A stretch of 64,000 nt of DNA from an uncultured Gardnerella sp. Lineage in GTDB: Bacteria; Actinomycetota; Actinomycetes; Actinomycetales; Bifidobacteriaceae. Positions 20,638 to 31,111 of this stretch are shown one piece after another. The first letter of the stretch is position 1. Every line of letters starts with the position of its first letter. A program made the position numbers and the translations under genes. The DNA lies in the NCBI GenBank assembly GCA_947088155.1, contig CAMUFL010000002.1:148275-212274 (forward strand), read 5' to 3'. Under the pieces are notes generated by a model that saw nothing but the letters and a program-made list of their open reading frames with translations, had not been told where the DNA came from and searched no databases.

Positions 20638-21219
20638 ATGCCAGAAAAGGCATCGCGTGCAAACGATAGTTTGTCGCGTTCTTCTCTTGCGCAGGCCATC
20701 TCAGATGCGCACGATGAAGCGCAGCGCATCGCTGACGAGCTTTCGTCAATGATGGACATGATTGATCAGTATCCTGAGCTTTCTGATGCGATTACCGATC
20801 CGAATAGATCTTCGGAAGATAAGTCTCGCCTAATTGACGAGCTTATTGGAGGTAAAGCGCACCCTGTCGTATTGCGCATTATGCATTATCTAGTAGGAAC
20901 GTGGCATGGCGGTGCTGAAAGCGGCAAAACCGGTAGCTTTGGCGGCGCTTGGTCAGGATTTGAGCGTGAAGCTGGCGAAACATTGGTTACTGTCACTACT
21001 GCTCAGCCGCTTACAGATAAGCAAATTAAGCGTTTGATTGAAATCTACAGCGATAAGTTGGGTCATCGTGCATACATTAACCCAATTGTGGATCCAAACG
21101 TGCTTGGTGGCATGCGTATACAAATCGGTGATCAAATAACCGATCGCACCATGTTGATGCAGCTTAAGCAGTTGCAGCGTTCTGCGCGAAATGGTGCTTG
21201 GACACAGGCAGTGAAGTAG
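20638..21219 (+). CDS. atpH: F0F1 ATP synthase subunit delta (start chosen at the ATG after RBS gaggagg; the ORF is open from 20584)
   Basis: Position between atpF and atpA. OSCP-like helical N-domain and a conserved C-terminal segment [29 protein letters not shown]. Confidence 0.85.
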   Translation: MPEKASRANDSLSRSSLAQAISDAHDEAQRIADELSSMMDMIDQYPELSDAITDPNRSSEDKSRLIDELIGGKAHPVVLRIMHYLVGTWHGGAESGKTGSFGGAWSGFEREAGETLVTVTTAQPLTDKQIKRLIEIYSDKLGHRAYINPIVDPNVLGGMRIQIGDQITDRTMLMQLKQLQRSARNGAWTQAVK

Positions 21220-21235
21220 TAAATTAAGGAGAATT

Positions 21236-22897
21236 ATGGCGGAACTATCTATTGATCCCGCCCTGATACGCAAGGCGCTCGACGGGTTCGTTGACTCGTA
21301 TAAGCCTGCAGACATGCCAACGCAAGAAGTTGGCTATGTTGTTACGGCTGGTGACGGCATTGCGCACGTAGCTGGATTGTCCGGCTGCATGGCAAATGAG
21401 CTGCTCACATTCGAGAACGACACCTTGGGCCTTGCGTTCAACCTTGATGCACATGAAATCGGCGTAGTTATTCTCGGTGATTTCACTGGTATTGAGGAAG
21501 GGCAGGAAGTTTACCGCACTGGCGAAGTATTGTCAGTGCCGGTTGGTGACGCTTATCTTGGTCGTACCGTTGATCCTTTGGGTAATCCAATCGATGGTTT
21601 GGGTGCGATTGAGTGCAGTGAGCGTCGTATTCTTGAAGCCCAGGCTCCAGACGTTATTCACCGTCATCCAGTTGACGAACCTTTGTCTACTGGTTTGAAG
21701 GCTATTGACGCAATGACCCCAATTGGTCGCGGTCAGCGTCAGTTAATTATTGGTGACCGCCAAACCGGTAAGACTGCAATCGCAATCGATACGATTATTA
21801 ATCAGCGCACGAACTGGGAAAGTGGCGATCCAAAGAAGCAAGTTCGCTGCATTTATGTAGCAATCGGTCAGAAGGGCTCAACTATCGCAGCAGTGCGTCA
21901 GAGCCTTGAAGAAGCAGGCGCTATGAAGTACACCACGATTGTGGCAAGCCCAGCTTCTGATTCTGCAGGTTTTAAGTACATTGCTCCTTACACCGGTTCT
22001 GCAATCGGTCAGCATTGGATGTACAACGGCAAACATGTTTTGATTGTCTTTGATGATTTGTCGAAGCAAGCAGAAGCATACCGTTCGATTTCTTTGCTTC
22101 TTCGCCGCCCACCTGGGCGTGAAGCTTACCCAGGCGACGTGTTCTACTTGCACTCTCGTCTGCTTGAACGTTGTGCTAAGCTTTCTGACGATTTGGGTGG
22201 CGGTTCTATGACCGGTCTTCCAATTATCGAAACCAAGGCAAACGATGTTTCTGCATACATTCCAACCAACGTGATTTCTATCACCGATGGTCAGATCTTC
22301 TTGCAGTCTGATTTGTTCAACGCAGGTCAGCGTCCAGCAGTAGACGTTGGTATTTCCGTGTCTCGTGTTGGTGGTGCTGCTCAGTCTAAGGCTTTGAAGA
22401 AAGTCTCCGGCATGTTGAAGATTTCTTTGGCTCGTTACAAGTCTTTGGAATCCTTCGCAATGTTTGCTTCCGATTTGGATGCAGCTTCAAAGGCTCAGCT
22501 TACGCGTGGCGCTCGTTTAACCGAGTTGCTTAAGCAGAAGCAGTTCTCTCCTCGCTCTATGGAGCAGGAAGTGGTTTCTGTGTGGTCTGGTACGCACGGC
22601 AAGCTTGACGATATTCCTGTGAAGGATGTGTTGCGCTTTGAAAGCGAATTGTTGGATTATTTGGATAATGGAACCGACATTTTGCAAGTAATTCGCGATA
22701 CTGAAGATTTCACTAAGGAAACTGAAGCTAAGCTTGATGCGGCTATTGAAGATTTCCGTAGGACGTTTAAGACCTCTGCTGGCAAGCCTTTGATTGTAAA
22801 GGATTCATTGCCGCCGGCTGAAAATCCTGCTCCTGTTGAAAAGGAACAGCTTGTAGCCAAGCCAAAAACAGACGGTCGCGAGCCTGAGGGGAAGTAG
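21236..22897 (+). CDS. atpA: F0F1 ATP synthase subunit alpha
   Basis: P-loop GDRQTGKT and conserved alpha-subunit blocks ([16 protein letters not shown]...[15 protein letters not shown]). 553 aa. Confidence 0.97.
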   Translation: MAELSIDPALIRKALDGFVDSYKPADMPTQEVGYVVTAGDGIAHVAGLSGCMANELLTFENDTLGLAFNLDAHEIGVVILGDFTGIEEGQEVYRTGEVLSVPVGDAYLGRTVDPLGNPIDGLGAIECSERRILEAQAPDVIHRHPVDEPLSTGLKAIDAMTPIGRGQRQLIIGDRQTGKTAIAIDTIINQRTNWESGDPKKQVRCIYVAIGQKGSTIAAVRQSLEEAGAMKYTTIVASPASDSAGFKYIAPYTGSAIGQHWMYNGKHVLIVFDDLSKQAEAYRSISLLLRRPPGREAYPGDVFYLHSRLLERCAKLSDDLGGGSMTGLPIIETKANDVSAYIPTNVISITDGQIFLQSDLFNAGQRPAVDVGISVSRVGGAAQSKALKKVSGMLKISLARYKSLESFAMFASDLDAASKAQLTRGARLTELLKQKQFSPRSMEQEVVSVWSGTHGKLDDIPVKDVLRFESELLDYLDNGTDILQVIRDTEDFTKETEAKLDAAIEDFRRTFKTSAGKPLIVKDSLPPAENPAPVEKEQLVAKPKTDGREPEGK

Positions 22898-22900
22898 CGT

Positions 22901-23905
22901 ATGTCCTCCCAACTTGCATTGAAATCGAGAATTATTTCCACACAGTCTTTGGGTAAAATCTTTAAGGCTCAGGAAATGATTGCGTCTTCTCATATCGCTA
23001 AAGCGCGAGATATTGCGCTTAATGCTAAGCCTTATAGTGACGCAATTTTCGATGCCGTGCAGGCGTTGGTAGCTCATCACGAAGCAAATATTAAGCATCC
23101 TATTTTTGGTAAAGAACATGCCGGCAATCGCGTAGCAGTTCTAGCCCTTACTTCTGATCGTGGTATGGCAGGTGCATTTACGTCTTCGATTATTCGTGAG
23201 ACTGAAGCGCTTTTAGCTAAGCTTGATGCAGAAGGTAAGCACGCGGAACTGTACGTGTATGGTCGTCGTGGTGCAACTTACTATAAGTATCGCAATCGCG
23301 ATGTGGCAGGTACTTGGGAAGGTTCTACTGATCATCCTGACGTTACTATTGCTGAAAAGATTTCCGATACTTTAATGGATGCTTATATGACGCCGGAAGC
23401 AGAAGGCGGAGTTTCGGAACTGTATATTGTGTTCACTGAATTTATAAATATGGTGAGGCAAAAAGTTCGTACGTTACGCATGCTGCCAGTTGAGCTGGTT
23501 CCTTTGAAGGACGGTGAAGAGTTTTCTATGCATCGTCCTGACTATGAAGCAGCATCTGGTCCTTCAGCAGCATTGTCGTCTACGAGCGCAGTTTCGGCTC
23601 GTGAAGAAGCAGTGAGTCGCAGCAATCCAGAAGCTGTGGAGTATTGCTTCGAACCAAGCCCGGATGAAGTATTGGATGCTGTTTTGCCGAAGTATATTCA
23701 GTCTCGTATTCACGAGTGCTTACTTACTTCTGCTGCTTCCGAAACGGCAAGCAGACAGAACGCTATGCATACGGCTACAGATAACGCCCGCAATTTGGTG
23801 GATGATTTGACAAGAAAGCTTAATGCTTCTCGTCAGGCATCCATTACTCAAGAACTTACCGAGATTATCGGCAGCGCTGATGCGCTGAATAATGAGGAGG
23901 ATTAG
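22901..23905 (+). CDS. atpG: F0F1 ATP synthase subunit gamma
   Basis: N-terminal LKSRIISTQSLGKIFKAQEMIASSHIAKAR and C-terminal coiled coil RQASITQELTEIIGSADAL. Confidence 0.95.
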   Translation: MSSQLALKSRIISTQSLGKIFKAQEMIASSHIAKARDIALNAKPYSDAIFDAVQALVAHHEANIKHPIFGKEHAGNRVAVLALTSDRGMAGAFTSSIIRETEALLAKLDAEGKHAELYVYGRRGATYYKYRNRDVAGTWEGSTDHPDVTIAEKISDTLMDAYMTPEAEGGVSELYIVFTEFINMVRQKVRTLRMLPVELVPLKDGEEFSMHRPDYEAASGPSAALSSTSAVSAREEAVSRSNPEAVEYCFEPSPDEVLDAVLPKYIQSRIHECLLTSAASETASRQNAMHTATDNARNLVDDLTRKLNASRQASITQELTEIIGSADALNNEED

Positions 23906-25399
<1,494 letters not shown>

Positions 25400-25401
25400 T
25401 T

Positions 25402-25716
25402 ATGGCAGAGAAGCAAGTAAAATCGCTGCACGTTAGTGTGGTGGCAGCCAGGCATCCTGTGTGGGAAGGCGATGCTAAGTTTGTGGTTATTCCTTCTGTG
25501 AATGGCGCAATGGGTGTGCTTCCTGGGCATGAGGCTGTGCTTGCGTTAATTGATCACGGTTTTGTGAAGGTTGACGATTTGAAGGGTGTGCGTCACGTTT
25601 TTAAGGTGACGGATGGCTTCTTCTCTGTTGACGATGATCACATTACGATTGCTGTTGAGCACAGTTGTAACGTTGATAAAGACGGAAATGTGTTGCCTAA
25701 CGCAAAAGTGATTTAG
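25402..25716 (+). CDS. atpC: F0F1 ATP synthase subunit epsilon
   Basis: MAEKQVKSLHVSVVAARHPVWEGDAKFVVIPSVNGAMGVLPGHEAVLALI is the typical epsilon N-terminal beta-sandwich. The ATG at 25402 overlaps the atpD stop region. Confidence 0.9.
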   Translation: MAEKQVKSLHVSVVAARHPVWEGDAKFVVIPSVNGAMGVLPGHEAVLALIDHGFVKVDDLKGVRHVFKVTDGFFSVDDDHITIAVEHSCNVDKDGNVLPNAKVI

Positions 25717-25796
25717 GGTTTGCTTTTATTGCTTACGTAAGTTTTATTGCTTTTGTAAGTTTTATAGACTTGCGCAAGTTGAGTAATCTCTTATTA

Positions 25797-25840
25797 AGGC
25801 AGGAGTTTGGGATATTCCCAAGCTCCTGTCTTTTTGTTTT
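25797..25840 (+). terminator. Rho-independent terminator of the atp operon
   Basis: ggcaggagtttggga-tatt-cccaagctcctgtc followed by tttttgtttt. Confidence 0.65.
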
Positions 25841-25876
25841 ATCGCGCGCTTGTAAAGAAAATAGATCTCAGTGGCG

Positions 25877-26026
25877 AAACACTGTTACTAACTCAGTCAA
25901 GTATCTGAGAAAATAACGGTAATAAGCAAAACACTGTTACTGGCTCAGTCAACGAACTGAGAAAGTAACGGTAATAAGCAAAACACTGTTACTGGCTCAG
26001 TCAAGTATCTGAGAAAATAACGCTCA
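25877..26026. repeat. Tandem repeat, 52-bp unit in about 2.9 copies; each unit is internally palindromic (ctcagtcaagtatctgag)
   Basis: aaacactgttactRRctcagtcaaSKWWctgagaaaRtaacggtaataagca is repeated head-to-tail three times. There are no unique spacers, so it is not a CRISPR array. Confidence 0.85.
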
Positions 26027-26227
26027 CAAACGAAGCGACGTGTTTGTTTCGAGCAGCCATTGCGCTATGTCTATTACGTGTATTCCTTCAATATCGTAAG
26101 AATCGTGGCGAGTGTTTGCAAGTAGGATTTTAGTGTAAGAGTCTTTTATTGCTTTTAACGGCGAAAGTTCGCGCTCCAATGTGGAATCATCGCTAATGTT
26201 GTCTTCAAAATCGTGGTATTTTTTCAC
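26024..26227 (-). pseudogene. 3'-terminal remnant (last ~67 codons) of a DUF4143-type AAA ATPase gene paralogous to 31112..32572
   Basis: The translation ...STLERELSPLKAIKDSYTKILLAN...DSYDIEGIHVIDIAQWLLE aligns with the C-terminus of the 486-aa ATPase (RERELKPLRKIQNNYEKLVITL...DDYDGIRVENIVDWLLK). There is no upstream coding continuation. Confidence 0.6.
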
Positions 26228-26419
26228 TTTTGAAAGTGGGTGCGTATGTTTGCGTAAAATCGCAATTATCTTTACTTTTGAGTATGCAAAATCGCAATTA
26301 TCTTTACTTTTGATGTTGATTATGGGAAAATAAGTAAAGATTTTAGTGCGTTAGTATTTAGATTCGTCATAATTTATCTCAATAAAGCAAGGCAAGCAGA
26401 AGAAAAAGAAGCGTTAAAA

Positions 26420-27382
26420 ATGTATGATTACTCGGGATTTAACAAAAGGCTACAAGAAAAAGGTATTAAAAAATCGCAGTTAGCAGCCGAGCTGCATATT
26501 TCTTCTCGTACGATTGCAAAAATCTCAAAAGGCGAAAAACTATCAAATTCAGTAATCGCGAAAATTAGCAACTATTTACAATGCAAGCCTAGCGAATTGT
26601 ATCGCGTAATTTCAAGTAACCCTATTTTGCAAAGGCTTAGGGAAGAAAAGGCACATCGTATTCCAGGCGGAATTTATCACGAGCTTCAAATTCGTATGAC
26701 GTACAACTCGAATCATATTGAAGGAAGCCAGCTAAGTGAAGATCAAACTAGGCGAATTTTTGAAACTAATACTATTGATTCTGTAGAAAAAGTGGGGGGT
26801 GTAGTCGATAGCGCGGATTCAAGCGTTGGTGCAGTAGAGAAAACAAGTATTAAGGTTGACGACATTGTTGAAACAGTAAATCATTTTCGCGCGATTGATT
26901 ACTGTATTGATGTTGCTGAAGAGCCTCTTAGTGAAGACATGATTAAGCATTTACATTTGCTGCTTAAACGCGGAACAAGCGACGAGCTTCTACCTTGGTT
27001 CCGTGTGGGTGATTACAAGTTGCGTGCGAATGTTGTAGGCGGTGTGCAAACTTGCGAGCCGCAAAAAGTGCATGATGAGATTAGTAAGCTGTTGGCAGAA
27101 TACCTTGATAAAACTGATTTGCAGCTAGAAGATATAGTTGATTTTCACTACAGGTTTGAACGAATTCATCCCTTCCAGGATGGTAATGGTAGAGTTGGGC
27201 GTTTGATTGCTTTTAAGGAATGCTTAAAGCATAATATCGTGCCATTTATTATTGAGGATCGAAAGAAATACTACTATTATCGCGGTCTCAAAGAATATGG
27301 TAACGAGCGCGGATCCCTAGTTGAAACTTGCTATGACGGTCAAGATACGTTCCGCGCGTTGCTGAAGCTTTTTGGGTTGTGA
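26420..27382 (+). CDS. Fic/Doc family protein with N-terminal XRE-type HTH
   Basis: N-terminal HTH (SQLAAELHISSRTIAKISKGEK). The canonical Fic motif HPFQDGNGRVGR is present. Confidence 0.9.
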   Translation: MYDYSGFNKRLQEKGIKKSQLAAELHISSRTIAKISKGEKLSNSVIAKISNYLQCKPSELYRVISSNPILQRLREEKAHRIPGGIYHELQIRMTYNSNHIEGSQLSEDQTRRIFETNTIDSVEKVGGVVDSADSSVGAVEKTSIKVDDIVETVNHFRAIDYCIDVAEEPLSEDMIKHLHLLLKRGTSDELLPWFRVGDYKLRANVVGGVQTCEPQKVHDEISKLLAEYLDKTDLQLEDIVDFHYRFERIHPFQDGNGRVGRLIAFKECLKHNIVPFIIEDRKKYYYYRGLKEYGNERGSLVETCYDGQDTFRALLKLFGL

Positions 27383-27522
27383 CGCGTTCTGTTTATTGCG
27401 TTTTGAGGCTCGTGTGAATATCACCTCACTTCGCAAAATTAAAAAATTTTCAAATTTGCGAAGTGGGATTTGGCTATTTTTGTGAAGTGGGATTTGCTTG
27501 GCATTAAAGCGTGTAAATCGTG

Positions 27523-27825
27523 CTACGCCGAAACGAGTGGCGTGATGTTGCTGATGCTGGATTCGTCAAATCGCAAAATGTCGTAGTCGAGTTGGAGATT
27601 GAGCCAAAAATTGGGGGTTGTTCTAAAAGCTTTAGATAGCTTGTATGCCATTGCTACGCTGATCGCGCGTTTGCCGTTTAAGATTTCTCCGATTGCTGTT
27701 TGGGATACACCGATAGTGTGTGCAAGTTTGTATGAGCTGATTTTAAGCGGTTCCATAAATTCTTCGCGCAAAATTTCGCCAGGAGTGCTCAAGTAGTTAT
27801 CTGTGGTAGTCGTCGAAGTAGACAT
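27523..27825 (-). CDS. higA: HigA-family antitoxin (XRE HTH)
   Basis: YKLAHTIGVSQTAIGEILNGKRAISVAMAYKLSKAF...PNFWLNLQ is the typical HigA/VapI HTH. It lies downstream of and overlaps the higB-like toxin gene, in toxin-first order as in HigBA systems. Confidence 0.8.
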   Translation of the reverse strand: MSTSTTTTDNYLSTPGEILREEFMEPLKISSYKLAHTIGVSQTAIGEILNGKRAISVAMAYKLSKAFRTTPNFWLNLQLDYDILRFDESSISNITPLVSA

Positions 27826-28102
27826 CGTAAGCTTCTTTCGTATTGTTGTTCCATTTGAAAATTAGTCTGTATTGTTTATTTACTCTTATGCTCCAGTATC
27901 CAAGTAGATTGCCTTTGAGTGGCTCAAGCTGATTTCCTGGCGGCGCTTTAAGATCTTGCAAATCGTATGCAGCTTTTAGTATTTGCAGTTTTCTTTTTAG
28001 GATTTTTTCTAATCCAGTGGGATAACCTTTTGGGTACGAGCCGCCGTATAGGTAATCATTAAGTTCCTTTTCTCTGATTTCCATAAAACTATGGTAATGC
28101 AT
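27797..28102 (-). CDS. higB: HigB-family mRNA interferase toxin (RelE/ParE superfamily); start assigned to the Met at 28102, though the ORF is open to 28318
   Basis: GLEKILKRKLQILKAA...LKAPPGNQLEPLKGNLLGYWSIRVNKQYRLIFKW...AYDVYFDDYH matches the HigB 'plasmid maintenance system killer' signature. Confidence 0.75.
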   Translation of the reverse strand: MHYHSFMEIREKELNDYLYGGSYPKGYPTGLEKILKRKLQILKAAYDLQDLKAPPGNQLEPLKGNLLGYWSIRVNKQYRLIFKWNNNTKEAYDVYFDDYHR

Positions 28103-28245
28103 TGCGTTACTAATGTAAAGCGTTAGCAACGATTGAACGGTTGGCGCGTGATGTTGCGCTATGTGGTTGTTGTGGTTTGCTTGCGTGCCATCGAAACGTT
28201 GTGGTTTTGATGGATTTTTGCAGGATTCTTTGTTGATTCTTGCCA

Positions 28246-28256
28246 TGGGGGGGGGG
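28246..28256. repeat. Homopolymeric G11 tract
   Basis: gccat-ggggggggggg-taga. It lies 114 bp upstream of the LRR surface-protein start and inside the upstream extension of the higB ORF, where it is translated as PPP. Confidence 0.9.
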
Positions 28257-28369
28257 GTAGATTTGTCTGTAAATGCTTTGTATAGCTGCGCTTTGTTTAA
28301 GTTACAGCCATTTTGCAATTTTATTGTTTCACGCGCAGATGCGTGTGAGAGAAGAAGAAAGGATAAAGT

Positions 28370-30574
28370 ATGCTAAACAAAAAGACTATAGGCGCTTTTG
28401 TAGCTGCTGCCACTTTGATTAGTGGCTTCGCTTTTGCGTCGCTTCCACCAGCTGCGTTCGCTAGTACTAGCGAAGATAATAAGATAATTAATTTTCAAAA
28501 CTCAGTTGTTAAAAAAGTAGCACTCTATAGTTTAAATCGTAGTCATAGTGGCGGAGAGCTTACTGATGTAACCGAGGGGCAAGCTAAAACATTAAAATCT
28601 ATGAATATTAATACAAATGATGGTGATAGTAATAATTTTTCTGATCTTAAGTATTTTACGGGCTTACAGAAAGTTCATTTATGGACTTCTGGTGATCCTA
28701 CGGGATTAGACTCATTGAAGAGTATTCCTACACTTGAGTCTTTGAGTATTGGCTCAACGTTACGTAAAGTGAATATCTCTGATATTTCAGATTTAAAGCA
28801 ACTTAAGAGCTTGGCAATTAACGGTGCCACAAATTTGAATGATAGTGATGTGTCGAAATTAAGCGGTCTTACTAATCTTAAGAAGATAACTATCACTGAT
28901 TCAGGTATTACTAAGTTTTCATCGCTAGATTTCTTGCCTGAAGATTTGGAAGAGTTAGATGTTAGTAATACAAGTACTATAACAAGTATTAGCGGTATAG
29001 AGCGTTTCAAAAAATTAAAACTTTTGAATATAACAGATACTTCTGTATCAGATTTGACTCCTGTTACATCTCTTAAAGATACCATAACTGATTTGGAAGC
29101 TAATACTAAAAACGGTATAAATAGTATTGAGCCATTGAGCCAATTAACAAGACTTAATTATTTGCTTTTTAGAAGTAGTAACAATATTTCTAGCATTGAA
29201 AAATTAAAGAGCCTTACTGGTCTAAAGACTTTGGTGATTACTGGAGGAAATGAGATTAGTGATATTTCTCCTGTAAATTCTATGCCTTCACTTTCTGCTT
29301 TAGCTTTTTATGGTTTTAGCAAGTTAAGTGATATTAAACCTATTTCTAAAAATGCTTCTCTTAAATGCTTTAGCCTTATAAGTTCTAATGTGAGCGATAT
29401 AAGTGTGTTAAGCAGCTTGTCTAAAATTAGAAAATTGGCTCTTGTTGATAACAAGCTAACTGATATAAACCCTATTAAGAGTCTTAATAATCTTACAAAG
29501 CTTGTAGTTGGTGATGAAATTGGCTTAGACAAAGTAAGCGCTTTGGTAGGCTCTAAGAGAGATTTGAGTATTAGTTCTATTCATGTGGGTAATATATCTC
29601 CTCTGTCTATTCATTCTTGGGATGGTTTCCCTGTATTTGAACCTGAGGTTGTAAATGATGACTCTGGTGTAACGTCTGAGCCGGCTCCTGCGCCGAATCC
29701 TGGGCCTGCTCCTGCGCCTAAGCCAGTTCCCTCTCCAGCGCCAAATCCTTCGAGTAACGGAGAGCAAAACCGCGTTGTTGGTCTAACTCCACATAAGATA
29801 TCTCCTATACCAAAGATTGAACCTCATAAGCCTCTTCTTCCAAAAAGGGGTGGTAGTAGCGATTTAGGTTCACCAGCGCCTAAGTCTGAGCCAACGCCAA
29901 CGCCTGATGACGATAAGAAGCCAGATCAGAATCCTGAAGTCCCTCAGACACCGCAGGTTCCTAACAATCCTGAAACCCCTCAGGTTCCGCAGAATCCGCA
30001 GGCTCCTAACGCTCCTCATGCGCCTGAGTCTCCTACGGCTCCTGCTCCGGCTACGAAGTCAGGTTATGATAAGAGTGTGAATGCTCCTGTTAATGTTCCT
30101 GAGGCTCCTAAGAGTGTTAATGATCTTAAGCCAGAGGTTAAGGGCGATATTACCGTTGGCAATAATAATGTTGCTAAGGCTGGTGCGCCTAACAAGGTTA
30201 CTCTTCATGTTGATAACGCTAAGTTCAATAAGGAGTTGAAGGATAAGGGTTCTGTTAAGGCTTACGCGTTTATGTATTCTACTCCTAAGCTTTTGCGTAG
30301 CGTGGATGGTAGTGATTACGTGACGGTTAAGCTTGATGCTAATGGCGTTCCTTATTTTGATGCTCAATTCCCTGCTGGTTATTCTGGTAAGCATACTGTT
30401 GTGCTCGTAGATGAGCAGGGCAATCAGCTTGCTTGGACGGATATTACTGTTGAGAACAAGACGGCGAATGGCGGTGAGGGCACTTTGCCTGCTACTGGCG
30501 TAGGTGTTGCTGTGTCTGTGATTGCTATGGCTGTGTTTGCTGGTATTGGTGTTACTTTGCGTAGGGTTCGCTGA
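28370..30574 (+). CDS. LPXTG-anchored leucine-rich-repeat (internalin-like) surface protein
   Basis: Signal peptide, then about 14 LRR units of 22 residues (L..L..L.L..N.I.D...L). A Pro-rich spacer follows (PAPAPNPGPAPAPKPVPSPAPNP ... PQTPQVPNNPETPQVPQNPQAPNAPHAPESPTAPAPA) and a C-terminal Ig-like region. The sorting signal is LPATG plus a hydrophobic stretch and RRVR. Confidence 0.9.
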   Translation: MLNKKTIGAFVAAATLISGFAFASLPPAAFASTSEDNKIINFQNSVVKKVALYSLNRSHSGGELTDVTEGQAKTLKSMNINTNDGDSNNFSDLKYFTGLQKVHLWTSGDPTGLDSLKSIPTLESLSIGSTLRKVNISDISDLKQLKSLAINGATNLNDSDVSKLSGLTNLKKITITDSGITKFSSLDFLPEDLEELDVSNTSTITSISGIERFKKLKLLNITDTSVSDLTPVTSLKDTITDLEANTKNGINSIEPLSQLTRLNYLLFRSSNNISSIEKLKSLTGLKTLVITGGNEISDISPVNSMPSLSALAFYGFSKLSDIKPISKNASLKCFSLISSNVSDISVLSSLSKIRKLALVDNKLTDINPIKSLNNLTKLVVGDEIGLDKVSALVGSKRDLSISSIHVGNISPLSIHSWDGFPVFEPEVVNDDSGVTSEPAPAPNPGPAPAPKPVPSPAPNPSSNGEQNRVVGLTPHKISPIPKIEPHKPLLPKRGGSSDLGSPAPKSEPTPTPDDDKKPDQNPEVPQTPQVPNNPETPQVPQNPQAPNAPHAPESPTAPAPATKSGYDKSVNAPVNVPEAPKSVNDLKPEVKGDITVGNNNVAKAGAPNKVTLHVDNAKFNKELKDKGSVKAYAFMYSTPKLLRSVDGSDYVTVKLDANGVPYFDAQFPAGYSGKHTVVLVDEQGNQLAWTDITVENKTANGGEGTLPATGVGVAVSVIAMAVFAGIGVTLRRVR

Positions 30575-30652
30575 TAGTTGATTAGCTGATTGATTAATTG
30601 ATTAATCAATCAGTCAGCTAATGCAGCTGCTATATGTCAGTGGCAAGAGTTT

Positions 30653-30702
30653 AAGGGCTTTCGTTTGTGTTCGCTTGCGTTCACACTCGAAGGCCCTTTT
30701 AT
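30653..30702 (+). terminator. Rho-independent terminator after the LRR gene
   Basis: aagggctttcg...cgaaggccc followed by ttttat. Confidence 0.6.
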
Positions 30703-30719
30703 ATTGCATGCTGTTGTTT

Positions 30720-30790
30720 TGCTTAGTTTGCATTAAGCAGCCACTGTGCTATGTCTATTATGCGTATTACTTCAATGTCGTAAGAATCGT
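30720..30790 (-). pseudogene. Second, shorter 3' remnant (~20 codons) of a DUF4143 ATPase gene, homologous to 26036..26100
   Basis: The minus strand encodes YDSYDIEVIRIIDIAQWLLNA, compared with DSYDIEGIHVIDIAQWLLE in remnant A. It is fused to ttttYacttttgaaa repeats. Confidence 0.45.
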
Positions 30791-31111
30791 AGTATTTTTA
30801 CTTTTGAAAACAAATACATATTTCTACTTTCAAAACTGTAATATTTTTTCACTTTTGAAAGTGGATCGTCTTGTATAAAATACAAAGTTTGAGTTATCGA
30901 TAACCTAAACTTAGGAAAAATAAAAGTTTAGGTTATGTATAACTTAAACTTGTAAAAAATCGAAGTTTAGGTCATAATATTTATAAGATTCGTAAGATTT
31001 ATAAATTTATGATTCTGGAATCTTGTAATTTTGCAATCTTATAACTGTGTAATCAACGTAAGCATTGTTTTAAGAATTGCTAAATCTTCTAAAGCGGAGT
31101 AGAGACTTATT

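Noticed and set aside
25877..26026. Possible CRISPR array (regular repeats near an accessory region)
   Set aside because: Units are 52 bp and abut one another with no unique spacers. The whole unit is conserved, so this is a plain tandem repeat.
28103..28318. Upstream 72-codon extension of the higB ORF as the true HigB N-terminus
   Set aside because: HigB family proteins are about 90-100 aa and the conserved fold starts near the Met at 28102 or 28084. The extension is low-complexity and contains the G11 tract. It is kept only as a possible slippage-dependent isoform.
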